This document shows positions 37,950-48,379 of a stretch of 64,000 nt of DNA, in pieces. The notes beneath the pieces were generated by a model. The model was not told where the DNA came from, did not search any database, and was given only the letters and a program-made list of their open reading frames with translations. The stretch is from NCBI GenBank assembly GCA_963719225.1, contig CAVRAY010000001.1, forward strand, positions 1,280,001 to 1,344,000, in the 5' to 3' direction. The stretch's first letter is position 1; each line of letters starts with the position of its first letter. The translations under genes were made by a program, and so were the position numbers. Source of the DNA: Thermoanaerobaculia bacterium (GTDB taxonomy: Bacteria > Acidobacteriota > Thermoanaerobaculia > UBA5066).

Positions 37950-39101
37950 CTAGGCGCCCGCGGTCTGCGGACTCGGCGGCGCGCTGGCAGGAGGCTCTTC
38001 GAGCAGGATCCGGTTGCCGCCGGCGGCGCGAGCGTGGGCCAGGGTCCTTTCGGCGCGCTCGAGGAGCGCGTCGCAAAGCGTCTTGTCCCGCCTGCCGTGC
38101 ACGGCGATGCCGGCCGAGAGCGTCATGGTGCGACCCTCGACGGCGGGAAAACCGTTCCGGATGCGCTCCACGGCGATCGTCGCGTTCGTTTCGTCCGCTT
38201 CGACCAGAAGCACGAGGAACTCGGAACGGGGACGGCGGGCGGCCAGGTCGATTCCGCGGATCATCCGCGCGATCGCCTGCCCGAAGGAGGCCAGAACCTC
38301 GTCCGCGGCGTCGCGCCCCTTCTCCTTCTCGAAAGCGTCGAATCCGTCGATCGCGAAGACGACGAGCGCCGCCGAGCGCCGAGTCCGCTCGGCGCGCACG
38401 AGCTCCTCGGCGGTGCGGCCGAGGAAGAGGGAGCGCGTGAGGAGCCCGGTGAGCGCATCCGTGGTCGCGCGCGCGAAGAGCCGGCGCTCTTCGTCGGCGA
38501 CCGTGGGAAGGAGGAGTGCGGAAAAGACGAGGAACGCGAATCCGAAGAAGACGCCCGAGAAAGCCCCGGAGCCGGCCACCCAGCGCGAGCCCGTCTCGAG
38601 CGTCGCGCCCGCGAGCAGGAAGGCCGTCGCGACGAAGGCGAGCGTCGTGTCGCGCCGTCTGTTCTCCTTCCGCGAGAAGATGACCAGAAAGCCGATCGAG
38701 ATGAGCCCGACCGAGACGACGGACAGCCCGCCGACGAGCGGGCTCGCCGCCGGCAGGAAGAGCGCGAGGAACGTTCCGACGAGCGGAAAGGCGAGGAGAC
38801 CTCCCAGGGCCGGCGTCAGCCGGACGTTCAGGAAGCGCAGCAGGAAGAGAAAGCCGACGGCGGGAAGGACGAAGGAAAGCGCCCTCACGAGGCGTCCCAG
38901 GATCTCGCGCGAGACGGGGACCGGAACCGGAGTGAGGAGCGGCGTCGCGAGCCAGAACGAGATCGCGAACGCAAGCGTCGCGTAGAGCACGAGCTCCGTG
39001 CGGGCGCGGTTCCAGCGCAGGAGAAGCAGCGCGAGGACGCCGAAGGACGACGCCGCAAGCGCGCAGAAGAGCACGAGGACCTGAGGAAGGGTGAATGTCA
39101 C
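37950..39101 (-). CDS. Membrane protein with degenerate GGDEF domain
   Basis: About 7 TM helices; ATTDALTGL; active site reads RPRSEF instead of GGDEF. Confidence 0.78.
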   Translation of the reverse strand: MTFTLPQVLVLFCALAASSFGVLALLLLRWNRARTELVLYATLAFAISFWLATPLLTPVPVPVSREILGRLVRALSFVLPAVGFLFLLRFLNVRLTPALGGLLAFPLVGTFLALFLPAASPLVGGLSVVSVGLISIGFLVIFSRKENRRRDTTLAFVATAFLLAGATLETGSRWVAGSGAFSGVFFGFAFLVFSALLLPTVADEERRLFARATTDALTGLLTRSLFLGRTAEELVRAERTRRSAALVVFAIDGFDAFEKEKGRDAADEVLASFGQAIARMIRGIDLAARRPRSEFLVLLVEADETNATIAVERIRNGFPAVEGRTMTLSAGIAVHGRRDKTLCDALLERAERTLAHARAAGGNRILLEEPPASAPPSPQTAGA

Positions 39102-39116
39102 GCTGCTGCGTACATT

Positions 39117-40073
<957 letters not shown>

Positions 40074-40125
40074 GAAACCGCGATTGTAAGGGGTGCGAGC
40101 GCGCGGCGCGTCCGCGCGAGCCGTC

Positions 40126-40368
40126 TCAGGCGTGGAGCTGGGCGTAGCGGGCTTCGAGAACCTCGCGCGGCTCGGCCGGCTCGGTCACGATGCAGCCCTC
40201 GATCGGGCAGATCTCTACGCACTTCGGCGCATCGAACGCTCCGACGCACTCGGTGCAGCGCACCGCGTCGACGACGTAGGTCGGATCGCCCGCCGCGATC
40301 GCCTGGTTCGGGCAATCCGGCTCGCACGAGCCGCAGTTGATGCAGGTGTCCTGAATCTTCATGGCCAT
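40126..40368 (-). CDS. YfhL-family 2[4Fe-4S] ferredoxin
   Basis: [13 protein letters not shown]...CTECVG...CVEICP. Confidence 0.9.
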   Translation of the reverse strand: MAMKIQDTCINCGSCEPDCPNQAIAAGDPTYVVDAVRCTECVGAFDAPKCVEICPIEGCIVTEPAEPREVLEARYAQLHA

Positions 40369-40430
40369 GAGGCACCTCCGATGTGCGGAGGGTGCCACCG
40401 GCAGCGGCCGGCAGCCATGATGCACGCGCT

Positions 40431-41729
40431 TCAGGTCCGACCCAAACCCGCGTAATTCCAGCCGGCCTTCCTCATTTCCTTCGGCTCGTAGAGGTTCCTC
40501 AGATCGACGAAGTTCTTGGCTTTCATCGTCTTTTCGAGGCGGCCGAGGTCGAGCTTGCGGAACTGGTTCCAGTCGGTCGCCAGGACGAGGACGTCCGCCC
40601 CGGCGGCGCAGGAGTAGACGTCGTCGGCGAGCTTCAGGGAGGGCATTTCCCTCCGCGCGTTGTCCATCGCGGCCGGGTCGTAGGCCACGACGTCGGCGCC
40701 GCGCGCCTGGAGGTCGGCCGCGAGCCTGAGGCAGGCGCTTTCGCGGATGTCGTCGGTCTCCGGCTTGAAGGCGATCCCGAGCATGGCGACGCGCTTGCCC
40801 GCGAGGTCCGGGCACAAGGCGGCGACCTTCTCGACCATTCGCGCCTTGACGTGATCGTTGACGGAGAGGACGGCCTCCATGATCTCGAACGTGTATCCGT
40901 TCTTCCGCGCGAGGTCGACGACGGCGGAGGAGTCCTTCGGGAAGCACGAGCCGCCGTAGCCCGGTCCCGGGTTCAGGAAATGCGGGGCGATGCGCTTGTC
41001 GAGGCCCATCCCGCGCGCCACGTCCTTGACGTCGGCACCCATCCTCTCGCACATGGCCGCCACCTCGTTGATGAAGGAGATCTTCAGCGCGAGGAAGCCG
41101 TTCGAGGCGTACTTGATGAGCTCGGCCGACTCGACGTCGGTCACGACGAACGGCACGCCGCCGATCGAAAGAGGAGAGTAGACGTCCTTGACGATCGCGA
41201 TCGCCTCTTCGTCGCGCGATCCGATGACCACGCGGTCGGGATGCATGAAGTCCTCGATGGCCGATCCTTCACGCAGGAACTCGGGGTTCGAGACGACGGA
41301 GAACTTGTAACGGCCGTTCTTCGTGCGCAGGATCTCCTCGATCTGCGCGCCCGTTCCGGTCGGCACCGTGGACTTCGTGACGACGACCTTGTACCCGTTC
41401 ATGTGCGTCGCGATCGACTCGGCGACCTGGAAGATGAACGAGAGGTCCGGCGAGCCGTCTTCCTGGGGAGGTGTCCCCACGGCGATGAAGATGACGAGGC
41501 TGCGCTCGATGGCCTCGACGATGTTCGTGGAAAAGCGCAGCCGGCCGGCTTTCTCGTTCTTGTGGATCAGCTCCTCGAGGCCGGGCTCGTAGATGGGCGA
41601 GACGCCTTTCCTGAGCAGGGCGATCTTGGCCTCGTCCTTGTCGACGCACGTCACGTCCATTCCGAAGTCGGCGAGGCAGGCGCCGGTCACGAGGCCGACG
41701 TAGCCCGTTCCGACCATGCAGATGTTCAT
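40431..41729 (-). CDS. ugd: UDP-glucose 6-dehydrogenase
   Basis: GTGYVG, SNPEFLREG, GPGYGGSCFPKD, FKPETDDIRES. Confidence 0.94.
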   Translation of the reverse strand: MNICMVGTGYVGLVTGACLADFGMDVTCVDKDEAKIALLRKGVSPIYEPGLEELIHKNEKAGRLRFSTNIVEAIERSLVIFIAVGTPPQEDGSPDLSFIFQVAESIATHMNGYKVVVTKSTVPTGTGAQIEEILRTKNGRYKFSVVSNPEFLREGSAIEDFMHPDRVVIGSRDEEAIAIVKDVYSPLSIGGVPFVVTDVESAELIKYASNGFLALKISFINEVAAMCERMGADVKDVARGMGLDKRIAPHFLNPGPGYGGSCFPKDSSAVVDLARKNGYTFEIMEAVLSVNDHVKARMVEKVAALCPDLAGKRVAMLGIAFKPETDDIRESACLRLAADLQARGADVVAYDPAAMDNARREMPSLKLADDVYSCAAGADVLVLATDWNQFRKLDLGRLEKTMKAKNFVDLRNLYEPKEMRKAGWNYAGLGRT

Positions 41730-41800
41730 CGGGGAGGAGCCTCCGAAGGTGGGATTCCGGGGAGGGCGATTCTACCCTTCAAGTCCGTCGAGATCGGGTC

Positions 41801-42699
41801 TCAGGGCTTCAGGAGGACCTTCAGGACTCCCGGTCGCGACGCCTCGTTCAGGGCGCGGACCGCGGAGGCGAGCGGAAAGACGGAGGACACGAGGGGTTTG
41901 ACGTCGACGCGGCGGGATGCGAGGAGTTCGAGCGCGGGCTCGAAGCGCCCGCAACGCGACCCGACGACGGTGACCTCGTTCACGACGAGAGGGGCGGCGT
42001 CGAACCGCGCCGGTCCGTGATGGGTCGACTTCCAGACGATCGTCCCGCGCGGGCGGACGAGGGAGAGCGCCCGTCCGATCCCGTCGGGTGAGCCCGTGGC
42101 CTCCACGACGAAGTCGAAAGAGCCCGCCCTCGCCCGTGATCTCCGCCCGAGGAGCGCGACGTCGGCCCCGGCGTTCCGGAGGACCGCGGCGGCGAGCCGG
42201 CCGAGCTTGCCGGGACCGAGGACCGCGGCGTGCGTGCCCGGAGGAACCGCGACCTGGTCGAGGATCTCGCAGGCCGCCGCGAGGGGTTCAACGAATACGG
42301 CTTCCTCGTCCGGAACGTTCTCCGGAATCGCGTGCAGATTCGCGTCGGGCAGGGTCAGCCATTCGGCGTGCGCGCCCGCGTGGCCGCGAATGCCGAGGAC
42401 GGTGCGCTTCGGGCAGTGCCGCCCGAGCCCTCGGGCGCACTAGTCGCATCGGCGGCACGCGAGGTTGATCTCGCCGGCGACGCGGCGGCCGAGAAGAGAG
42501 GATGACCGTGGCCCTCGACGACTCCGACGAACTCGTGACCCGGGATTCCCGAAAAGGCGTGGTACCCGCGCCTCAGCTCGAGGTCCGTGTTGCAGATGCC
42601 CGAGAGAAGAACCCGGATCAGGGCGAAGCCCCTGCGAGGCGCGGGCCGCCGCGCCTCGTGGACCGCGGCGCGGCCCGAATGGAAGAAGAGGGCGCGCAC
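41801..42699 (-). pseudogene. Zn-dependent alcohol dehydrogenase (MDR), disrupted
   Basis: GICNTD, GHEFVG; frameshift near 42510; in-frame TAG at 42440-42442 within CRRCD*CARG; then continuous through EPLAAA, EATGS and GSRCG. Confidence 0.82.
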
Positions 42700-42785
42700 G
42701 GACCGATGCTACGCGAGACGCCGGCGCCCCCGCCGGCGCGAGCCACAACGAAGTCCGATTGCGCTTAGGTGCTGGGAGGTGACAC

Positions 42786-43685
42786 ATGTCCGGAAGGCGA
42801 ATGTTCGTCGGCGCCGCTGCCGGTCTGGCCGCCCTCCTGGGGGCGCGCGTCGCGGCCGGAGCGCTCACCGTGACGGTCCTGGACGGGAACGCCGCCGTCC
42901 CGGGCGCCCAGGTCTGTGTCGGTTCGCTCTCGAACCGCAGGGCGATCGGGACGGCGCTCACGAATGCCGCGGGGGTCGCGGCCTTCGCCCAGGTGCCGTC
43001 GAGCGCGATCTTCGTGACCGCGAGCCATCTCGGGCGGGGAGCCGAGGCGTCGGTCGTCCCGAGCGGCTCCAATGCGGCCGTGACGCTTCGACTTTCTTCG
43101 GGCGGCCCGACCTGCGCCGGCACTCTCACGATCCAGCCTCTCCCGACGGGGGCGGCGGTTCCAGGCGGCGGGACGGTCGTCGTGCCGTCGCCGTTCGTTC
43201 TGCAGTCGACTCCGGCCCCGAAGACTCTCCCGTCGCTCTCGCCCGTCCTGTTCCGCAAGACGGAGTTCTGCTTCGGCGCGCTCGGCGCCGGATGCGGCGG
43301 TGCCCAGTTCGACATTCCCATCGCGGCCCTGTGCTCGTTCGGAAGCTGCTCGATCAACGGCGGGAGCTGGCGGCACGACGAGTGCTGCTCGGCCCACCCT
43401 CACGGAATGGCCTGCCGATACGGGCCCGCCGACTCGATCACCGGACACGACGGCAACTGTGTGACGCAATGGAACGCGGCCCTGGCCAAGCTCTCCTATG
43501 CCTGGAGGCGCGACGTGGACTTCGCCAGGCCGAACGCGACGGGCATCGTCGTCTTCACCGAATACTGTGCGCGTCCGGGGAGCCGCGTGCACCAGGACGA
43601 CGTCCCGTTCTGCTGCTCGGCACGCGCTCACGCCGAAAACGTCGCGAGCAAGTTCGCGGACCCCGTCGTGCGGGTCTGCGACTAG
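42786..43685 (+). CDS. Secreted Cys-rich hypothetical protein
   Basis: GGAGGT RBS; signal peptide; beta-sandwich-like N-terminal domain; 12-Cys C-terminal domain. Confidence 0.72.
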   Translation: MSGRRMFVGAAAGLAALLGARVAAGALTVTVLDGNAAVPGAQVCVGSLSNRRAIGTALTNAAGVAAFAQVPSSAIFVTASHLGRGAEASVVPSGSNAAVTLRLSSGGPTCAGTLTIQPLPTGAAVPGGGTVVVPSPFVLQSTPAPKTLPSLSPVLFRKTEFCFGALGAGCGGAQFDIPIAALCSFGSCSINGGSWRHDECCSAHPHGMACRYGPADSITGHDGNCVTQWNAALAKLSYAWRRDVDFARPNATGIVVFTEYCARPGSRVHQDDVPFCCSARAHAENVASKFADPVVRVCD

Positions 43686-44704
43686 CGTTTCTTCGTGGCG
43701 GCGTCGAACGGCCGGCGAAAGATCCCGAATAGCTCCCGCCGCGAGACCGGCCGCGGGGGCTCCGCCTGTTCGCGCAGAGCCGTTCCGGCGAAAGGCACGG
43801 CGCGTCCGGCCTCTTCGGGATACCGCCGGGCGCGGACGATCTCCCAGGCGATCTCCCCGACGCCGAACTGAGGGGAGTAGCCCAGGAGCTGCCAGGCTTT
43901 CTCGAGGTCGGCGATGCGCGGGGGGCGCGGCGATTCCCCCGAGACCGAGATGCGGGCTTCGCGGGACGCGCGCAGCGCGAGCGCACGCACGAGCTCGGAC
44001 GGTCGCACGGCACTCCCCGTTCCGAGATTCACGGTTTCGCCGAGCGGCCTCCGTGCGATCGAGAAGAGCACGCCTATGACGACGTCTTCGGTATGGACGA
44101 AGTCGCGGGGCGCGTCGTCCTGGAGGAAGATCTCCTCGTCTGAAAGGAGCGCCTCCAGCGCGTCGAGAGGAAAACGAGCAGGCGCGACGCCCGGGCCGAC
44201 GGCGGAGAAGACGCGAAGGTTGACGAAGGGCACTCCCGACGCGAAGAGCGCTTCCTCTTCGGCGGCTTTCGCGACGAGATCGACGTCGTCGCCGGGCTCG
44301 GGCGCCTCGTCCTCCTTGGCCCGCCGTCCCGCCTCGTCGCGAGGTCCGTAAAGCCTCCCGTCCGAAAGGTGGACGAAGGCTCCGAGCCCCGCGCCGCGGA
44401 CGCTTTCGAGGAGCGGCCCCAGCCCGGGGCCGTCCGGCGGAAGGAGCATCGCGTTCACGAGGGAAGAGGGACGATGCTCGCCGAGCACGCCGGTGAGGAA
44501 CACGGGATCGGCCGCGTCCCCCCGCACGACCGCGGCACGCGGATGCCGGGCGAACGACCGGACGCGCTCTTCCTTCACGGCTCGCCCGTCTCCGGCGTCG
44601 TCGAACGTGTCCACGAGGACGACGCCCTCGCCGGTGCCGAGCAGCCTCCGGACGACGGCGGACCCGAGGAAGCCGGCTCCTCCGGCGACGAGGGCGAGGC
44701 TCAC
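43682..44704 (-). CDS. NAD-dependent epimerase/dehydratase family protein (divergent)
   Basis: GGAGFLG, RDFVHTED, NLGTG; canonical YxxxK not evident. Confidence 0.78.
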   Translation of the reverse strand: MSLALVAGGAGFLGSAVVRRLLGTGEGVVLVDTFDDAGDGRAVKEERVRSFARHPRAAVVRGDAADPVFLTGVLGEHRPSSLVNAMLLPPDGPGLGPLLESVRGAGLGAFVHLSDGRLYGPRDEAGRRAKEDEAPEPGDDVDLVAKAAEEEALFASGVPFVNLRVFSAVGPGVAPARFPLDALEALLSDEEIFLQDDAPRDFVHTEDVVIGVLFSIARRPLGETVNLGTGSAVRPSELVRALALRASREARISVSGESPRPPRIADLEKAWQLLGYSPQFGVGEIAWEIVRARRYPEEAGRAVPFAGTALREQAEPPRPVSRRELFGIFRRPFDAATKKR

Positions 44705-45876
44705 GGAGTGGGTTGAGGCGTGGGCGCGAGCTGCTTCCGGGCCTCGTCGTAGCGCTTCTGGATGCCCGACCTCTGCCGGTCGCGGATGAGCCAGCGCAGG
44801 AGCTTGCTCTGGTTGATCCCCACGAGGATGTCGTCGATCGCTTCGGCGACGGCCGGATCCGCGATGAGCTTTCCGGCCGTCCCCTGCCTGGAGTCGAGCT
44901 TCGAGGCGACGTTCGCGAGATGGGACGAGAGCTTCTTGAGGTCGCCGAGGAATTCCTTCGAGAACTCGCTGTCGGAAACGAGCTGCCCGAGGAGGCCGTT
45001 CCCCGCCTTCAGGTCCTTGGAGAAGGCCGCGAGACCCTCCGCCGTGACCTCCAGCGAGTCGACCATCGCGAAGAACTTCCTCTTCCCTTCCGGGTCGGAA
45101 AGAAGAGCGGGCAAGAGGCCCTCGCCGGTTTCCGTGCCCTTCTCGACGGTCGCGAGAATCCTGTGGAGGGAAGCGGACGCGGAGCTCAGCTCTCCCAGCA
45201 CGGTATCGGCCGCTTTCTCGTCGGTTAGGAGCCGCCCCACGAGGCCCTTGCCCTGCCGCACGTCCTTCATGAGGGCGTTCAGGCTGTCGAGGGTCTGCCG
45301 GAGGGAGCGCGACAAAGCCTGCCCGTTCTCCGACTCCGAGGTGATCTCCCCGAGAAAGCCTTCGCCCTTCTCGGTTCGGCCGAGAATGTTCTTGAGCGAC
45401 TTCGAGATCGCGACGACGTTGTCGACGAGGTCCCCCGAGCCGGCGAGGATCTTCTCGAGCTCGGCGCCGCGGAACGCCATGATCTCGTGGTCGGGCTGGA
45501 GGTCCGGCTTGTCGGCGGAGCCCACCGTCACCTCGAGGTACTTGTCTCCCAGGAGCCCGATCGTCTTGATCTCGGCGCGGCTGTCGGTCTTGACGAGATG
45601 CTGGTACTTCCGCTCGATGTCGAAGTGAATCGTGACGTCCTGGCCCGGTACGCGAGGCACCTCGATGGCTCGCACGGCACCGACGATCACGCCCGCGAGG
45701 CGCACCTGGTTTCCGCCCACGATGCCCTGCGTGTTCGGGAAACGGGCGAAATAGGACGTGCGGCTCACGAAGAATCCCTTCGTGCCGCCGATGAACAGGA
45801 TGGCGCCCGCGAGCAGCACGAAAGAGGCGAAGAGGATGACCCCGACGCGCGTCTTGGTCCTGATGTCGGCTCTCAA
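44701..45876 (-). CDS. mlaD: MlaD/MCE-family lipid transport protein
   Basis: N-terminal TM; VRLAGVIVGAV, IGLLGDKYLEV; helical tail. Confidence 0.87.
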   Translation of the reverse strand: MRADIRTKTRVGVILFASFVLLAGAILFIGGTKGFFVSRTSYFARFPNTQGIVGGNQVRLAGVIVGAVRAIEVPRVPGQDVTIHFDIERKYQHLVKTDSRAEIKTIGLLGDKYLEVTVGSADKPDLQPDHEIMAFRGAELEKILAGSGDLVDNVVAISKSLKNILGRTEKGEGFLGEITSESENGQALSRSLRQTLDSLNALMKDVRQGKGLVGRLLTDEKAADTVLGELSSASASLHRILATVEKGTETGEGLLPALLSDPEGKRKFFAMVDSLEVTAEGLAAFSKDLKAGNGLLGQLVSDSEFSKEFLGDLKKLSSHLANVASKLDSRQGTAGKLIADPAVAEAIDDILVGINQSKLLRWLIRDRQRSGIQKRYDEARKQLAPTPQPTP

Positions 45877-46700
45877 GGCGGCCCTCCCTTCGGCGTGCTC
45901 ACGTCCTGTGATTCTCCCGCGACGAGGAAGGCGTGCAGGTCGGGGATCTCGGAAGCACGCGCCTCCTCCGGAGTCCCGATGAAATCGAAGCGGCCGTTCT
46001 TCAGGAAGGCGATGCGATCGGCCACGAAGAGCGCCGAGACGATGTCGTGAGTCACGACGACGGACGTCGTCGCGAGGCGCTCGTTCAAGTCGACGATGAG
46101 GCGGTTGATCGTCATCGACGTGACCGGGTCAAGCCCCGTCGTGGGCTCGTCGTAGAGAAGGATTTCGGGCTTGAGCGCCACGGTGCGGGCCAGGGAGACG
46201 CGCTTTTTCATCCCGCCCGAGAGCGAGGAGGGGAGGAGGCGCTCGACGTCGCGCCCCAGGTTCACGAATCCCAGCACTTCGCCCACCCGCGCGGTGATCT
46301 GCTCCTCGGACCAGCGCGTGTGCTCGCGCAGCGCGAAGGCGATGTTCTCGAAGACCGTCATCGAGTCGAACAGCGCCCCGCCCTGGAAGAGCATCCCGAT
46401 CTTCTTGCGCACCGGCACGAGCTGCTCTTCGGGAAGCCGCGAGATCTCCACGCCCTCCACCCAGACCTCTCCCGAGTCGGGTTGCTCGAGGCCGTTCATG
46501 TGCCGGAGCGAGACGGACTTCCCGGTCCCGGAGCCTCCCAGGATCACGAGAACCTCTCCGCGCTGGACGGTGAGGTCGACCTCGTCGAGGACGCGGCGCG
46601 AGCTGTATTTCTTGAGAACGCGCTTGAACTCGATGATGGGGCCTCCCGCAGGGCGGTCGGCCTTCACGAACCTCATGACCGCCGTCTCGCTGATCGTCAT
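45873..46700 (-). CDS. mlaF: MlaF-type ABC transporter ATPase
   Basis: GGSGTGKS, FQGGALFDS, LSGGMKKRV, YDEPTTGLDP. Confidence 0.9.
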   Translation of the reverse strand: MTISETAVMRFVKADRPAGGPIIEFKRVLKKYSSRRVLDEVDLTVQRGEVLVILGGSGTGKSVSLRHMNGLEQPDSGEVWVEGVEISRLPEEQLVPVRKKIGMLFQGGALFDSMTVFENIAFALREHTRWSEEQITARVGEVLGFVNLGRDVERLLPSSLSGGMKKRVSLARTVALKPEILLYDEPTTGLDPVTSMTINRLIVDLNERLATTSVVVTHDIVSALFVADRIAFLKNGRFDFIGTPEEARASEIPDLHAFLVAGESQDVSTPKGGPP

Positions 46701-47542
46701 TGGAACCCCAGATGGAGAACGATGAAGAGCTTCGTGAGGAAGAAGTCGGACATGAGCACGGCGATCGAGGCCACGACCACCGCGATCGTCGTGGCGCGGC
46801 CGACGCCGTCCGCCCCGCCCGAGGCGTTCAGGCCGTTGTAACAGCCGATCATCGCGATCTCGAACCCGAAAAAGGGAGTCTTCAAGAGCCCGTGCAGGAC
46901 GTCGTTGAGATGCACGGACTGCTGGACGGTCGACAGGTAGAACGATGCGCCGACGTTCACCTCCACGACCGCGATGAAGAGGCCGCCCACCATTCCGAGA
47001 AAGTCCGCGAGCAGCGTCAGGACCGGCAACATGATCGTCACGGCCACCACGCGCGGCAGGACGAGCTTCCGGATCGGCGAGGCTCCGAGGGCCCGCATGG
47101 CATCCACCTGCTCGGTGACCGACATCGTGCCGAGCTCCGCCGTGATCCCCGCTCCGACGCGGGCGGCCACCATGAGGGCGGTGAGCGTCGGCCCGAGCTC
47201 GCGGCAGATCGAAAGGACCACGACCCGGCCCACGAACGTCTTGCCGCCGAACTGCGCCAGGGCATAGGCCGTCTGGAGTGCGAGGACCATGCCGGTGAAG
47301 AGGGCGGTGAGGTTCGTGATGGAGATCGACTGGACGCCGAGCGAGTCCATCTGCCGGATGATCTCGGAGGTCTCCCACCGGCCCCGCGCCTGGCGGGCGA
47401 GCTGGACCGTCATCTCCGCGACGCCGCCGAGGTGAAACGAGACGTTCTGAATCCAGCGCCGCACGCGCGCGAGCTTCCAGAGCGGCTCCTTCAGGACGGC
47501 GACGTACTGCGTCGTGGAGTCGAACTGCGCCACGAGTCCCAT
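46697..47542 (-). CDS. mlaE: MlaE-type ABC transporter permease
   Basis: RELGPTLTALMVAARVGAGITAELGTM..EQVDAM; GVGRATT. Confidence 0.9.
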   Translation of the reverse strand: MGLVAQFDSTTQYVAVLKEPLWKLARVRRWIQNVSFHLGGVAEMTVQLARQARGRWETSEIIRQMDSLGVQSISITNLTALFTGMVLALQTAYALAQFGGKTFVGRVVVLSICRELGPTLTALMVAARVGAGITAELGTMSVTEQVDAMRALGASPIRKLVLPRVVAVTIMLPVLTLLADFLGMVGGLFIAVVEVNVGASFYLSTVQQSVHLNDVLHGLLKTPFFGFEIAMIGCYNGLNASGGADGVGRATTIAVVVASIAVLMSDFFLTKLFIVLHLGFQ

Positions 47543-47579
47543 TCTACGGGCCTCCCCCCGCTCGCTAGACTCCGTCCGC

Positions 47580-48296
47580 ATGAAGCTCCTCAGAGACCTC
47601 GTCGTGTCCCTGTGGAGCTGGTCGGTGATCGCGTTTTCGGCGGCGGTCTTCGGCTCCCTGGCGATCCTGACGGCCTGGATCCCGCCCCGAGGCCGCACGT
47701 ACCTCTTCTGGGCGCGCGCGTGGGCCCGGTCCATCCTGTTCTTCACGGGCGTTCCCGCCACGATCGAGATCTCGGACGACGCGGCGGCCCTCCCGCAGGC
47801 GATCTACATGTCGAATCACGAATCCGGGATCGACATTCTTCTCCTGCTGCTGGTGATTCCTCAGGACGTGCGCTTTCTCGCGAAGAGGTCGCTCTTCTGG
47901 GTGCCCTTCATGGGCTGGTCGATGTGGCTCGCGGGCTTCGTGCCGGTCGACCGGAGGCGGACCGACAGGGCCAAAGAGGTCCTCTCGGAGCTCGACGAGC
48001 GCCTCGCGAAGGGCACGTCGATCCTCGTCTTCCCCGAGGGCACGCGGTCCCGCGACGGAACCCTGGGCCCGTTCAAGAAGTCCGGCTTCCTGACGGCGCT
48101 CAAGTCCGGGGTGCCGATCGTGCCCGTGGGCGTCTCCGGCGCCCGGGCCGTTCTCGGAGCGCAGGGGATGGTCGTCCGCCGGGGTCCCGTTCGGGTGCGC
48201 GCCGGGCATCCGATCCCGACGGCGGGTCTGTCCGTGCACGTGCGGCAGGAGCTCATGGACGAGGTGCGGCGGGAGATCCTCGCGCTTCGCGGGTGA
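47580..48296 (+). CDS. plsC: 1-acyl-sn-glycerol-3-phosphate acyltransferase
   Basis: NHESGID, FPEGTRS, PIVPV. Confidence 0.9.
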   Translation: MKLLRDLVVSLWSWSVIAFSAAVFGSLAILTAWIPPRGRTYLFWARAWARSILFFTGVPATIEISDDAAALPQAIYMSNHESGIDILLLLLVIPQDVRFLAKRSLFWVPFMGWSMWLAGFVPVDRRRTDRAKEVLSELDERLAKGTSILVFPEGTRSRDGTLGPFKKSGFLTALKSGVPIVPVGVSGARAVLGAQGMVVRRGPVRVRAGHPIPTAGLSVHVRQELMDEVRREILALRG

Positions 48297-48379
48297 CCGT
48301 CCGCCGCTTGTACCATTGAGTCACTTGCATCAGGGCAGGGCGCGCCCGAGGGTCCGACGTTCAATGGGGAGATCTTTCG

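Larger units (their letters stand above)
36451..37951 (-). mobile_element. IS110-family insertion sequence, IS1111 type
   Basis: DEDD transposase; 11-bp sub-terminal IRs ATGGAGTGACC (36456-36466) and GGTCACTCCAT (37934-37944); CT dinucleotide at both ends; long non-coding region 3' of the transposase; no TSD. Confidence 0.9.

Noticed and set aside
42440-42442. Pyrrolysine or amber readthrough in the ADH gene
   Set aside because: The gene also has a frameshift, TAG is used as a normal stop elsewhere in the window, and no pyl genes are seen.
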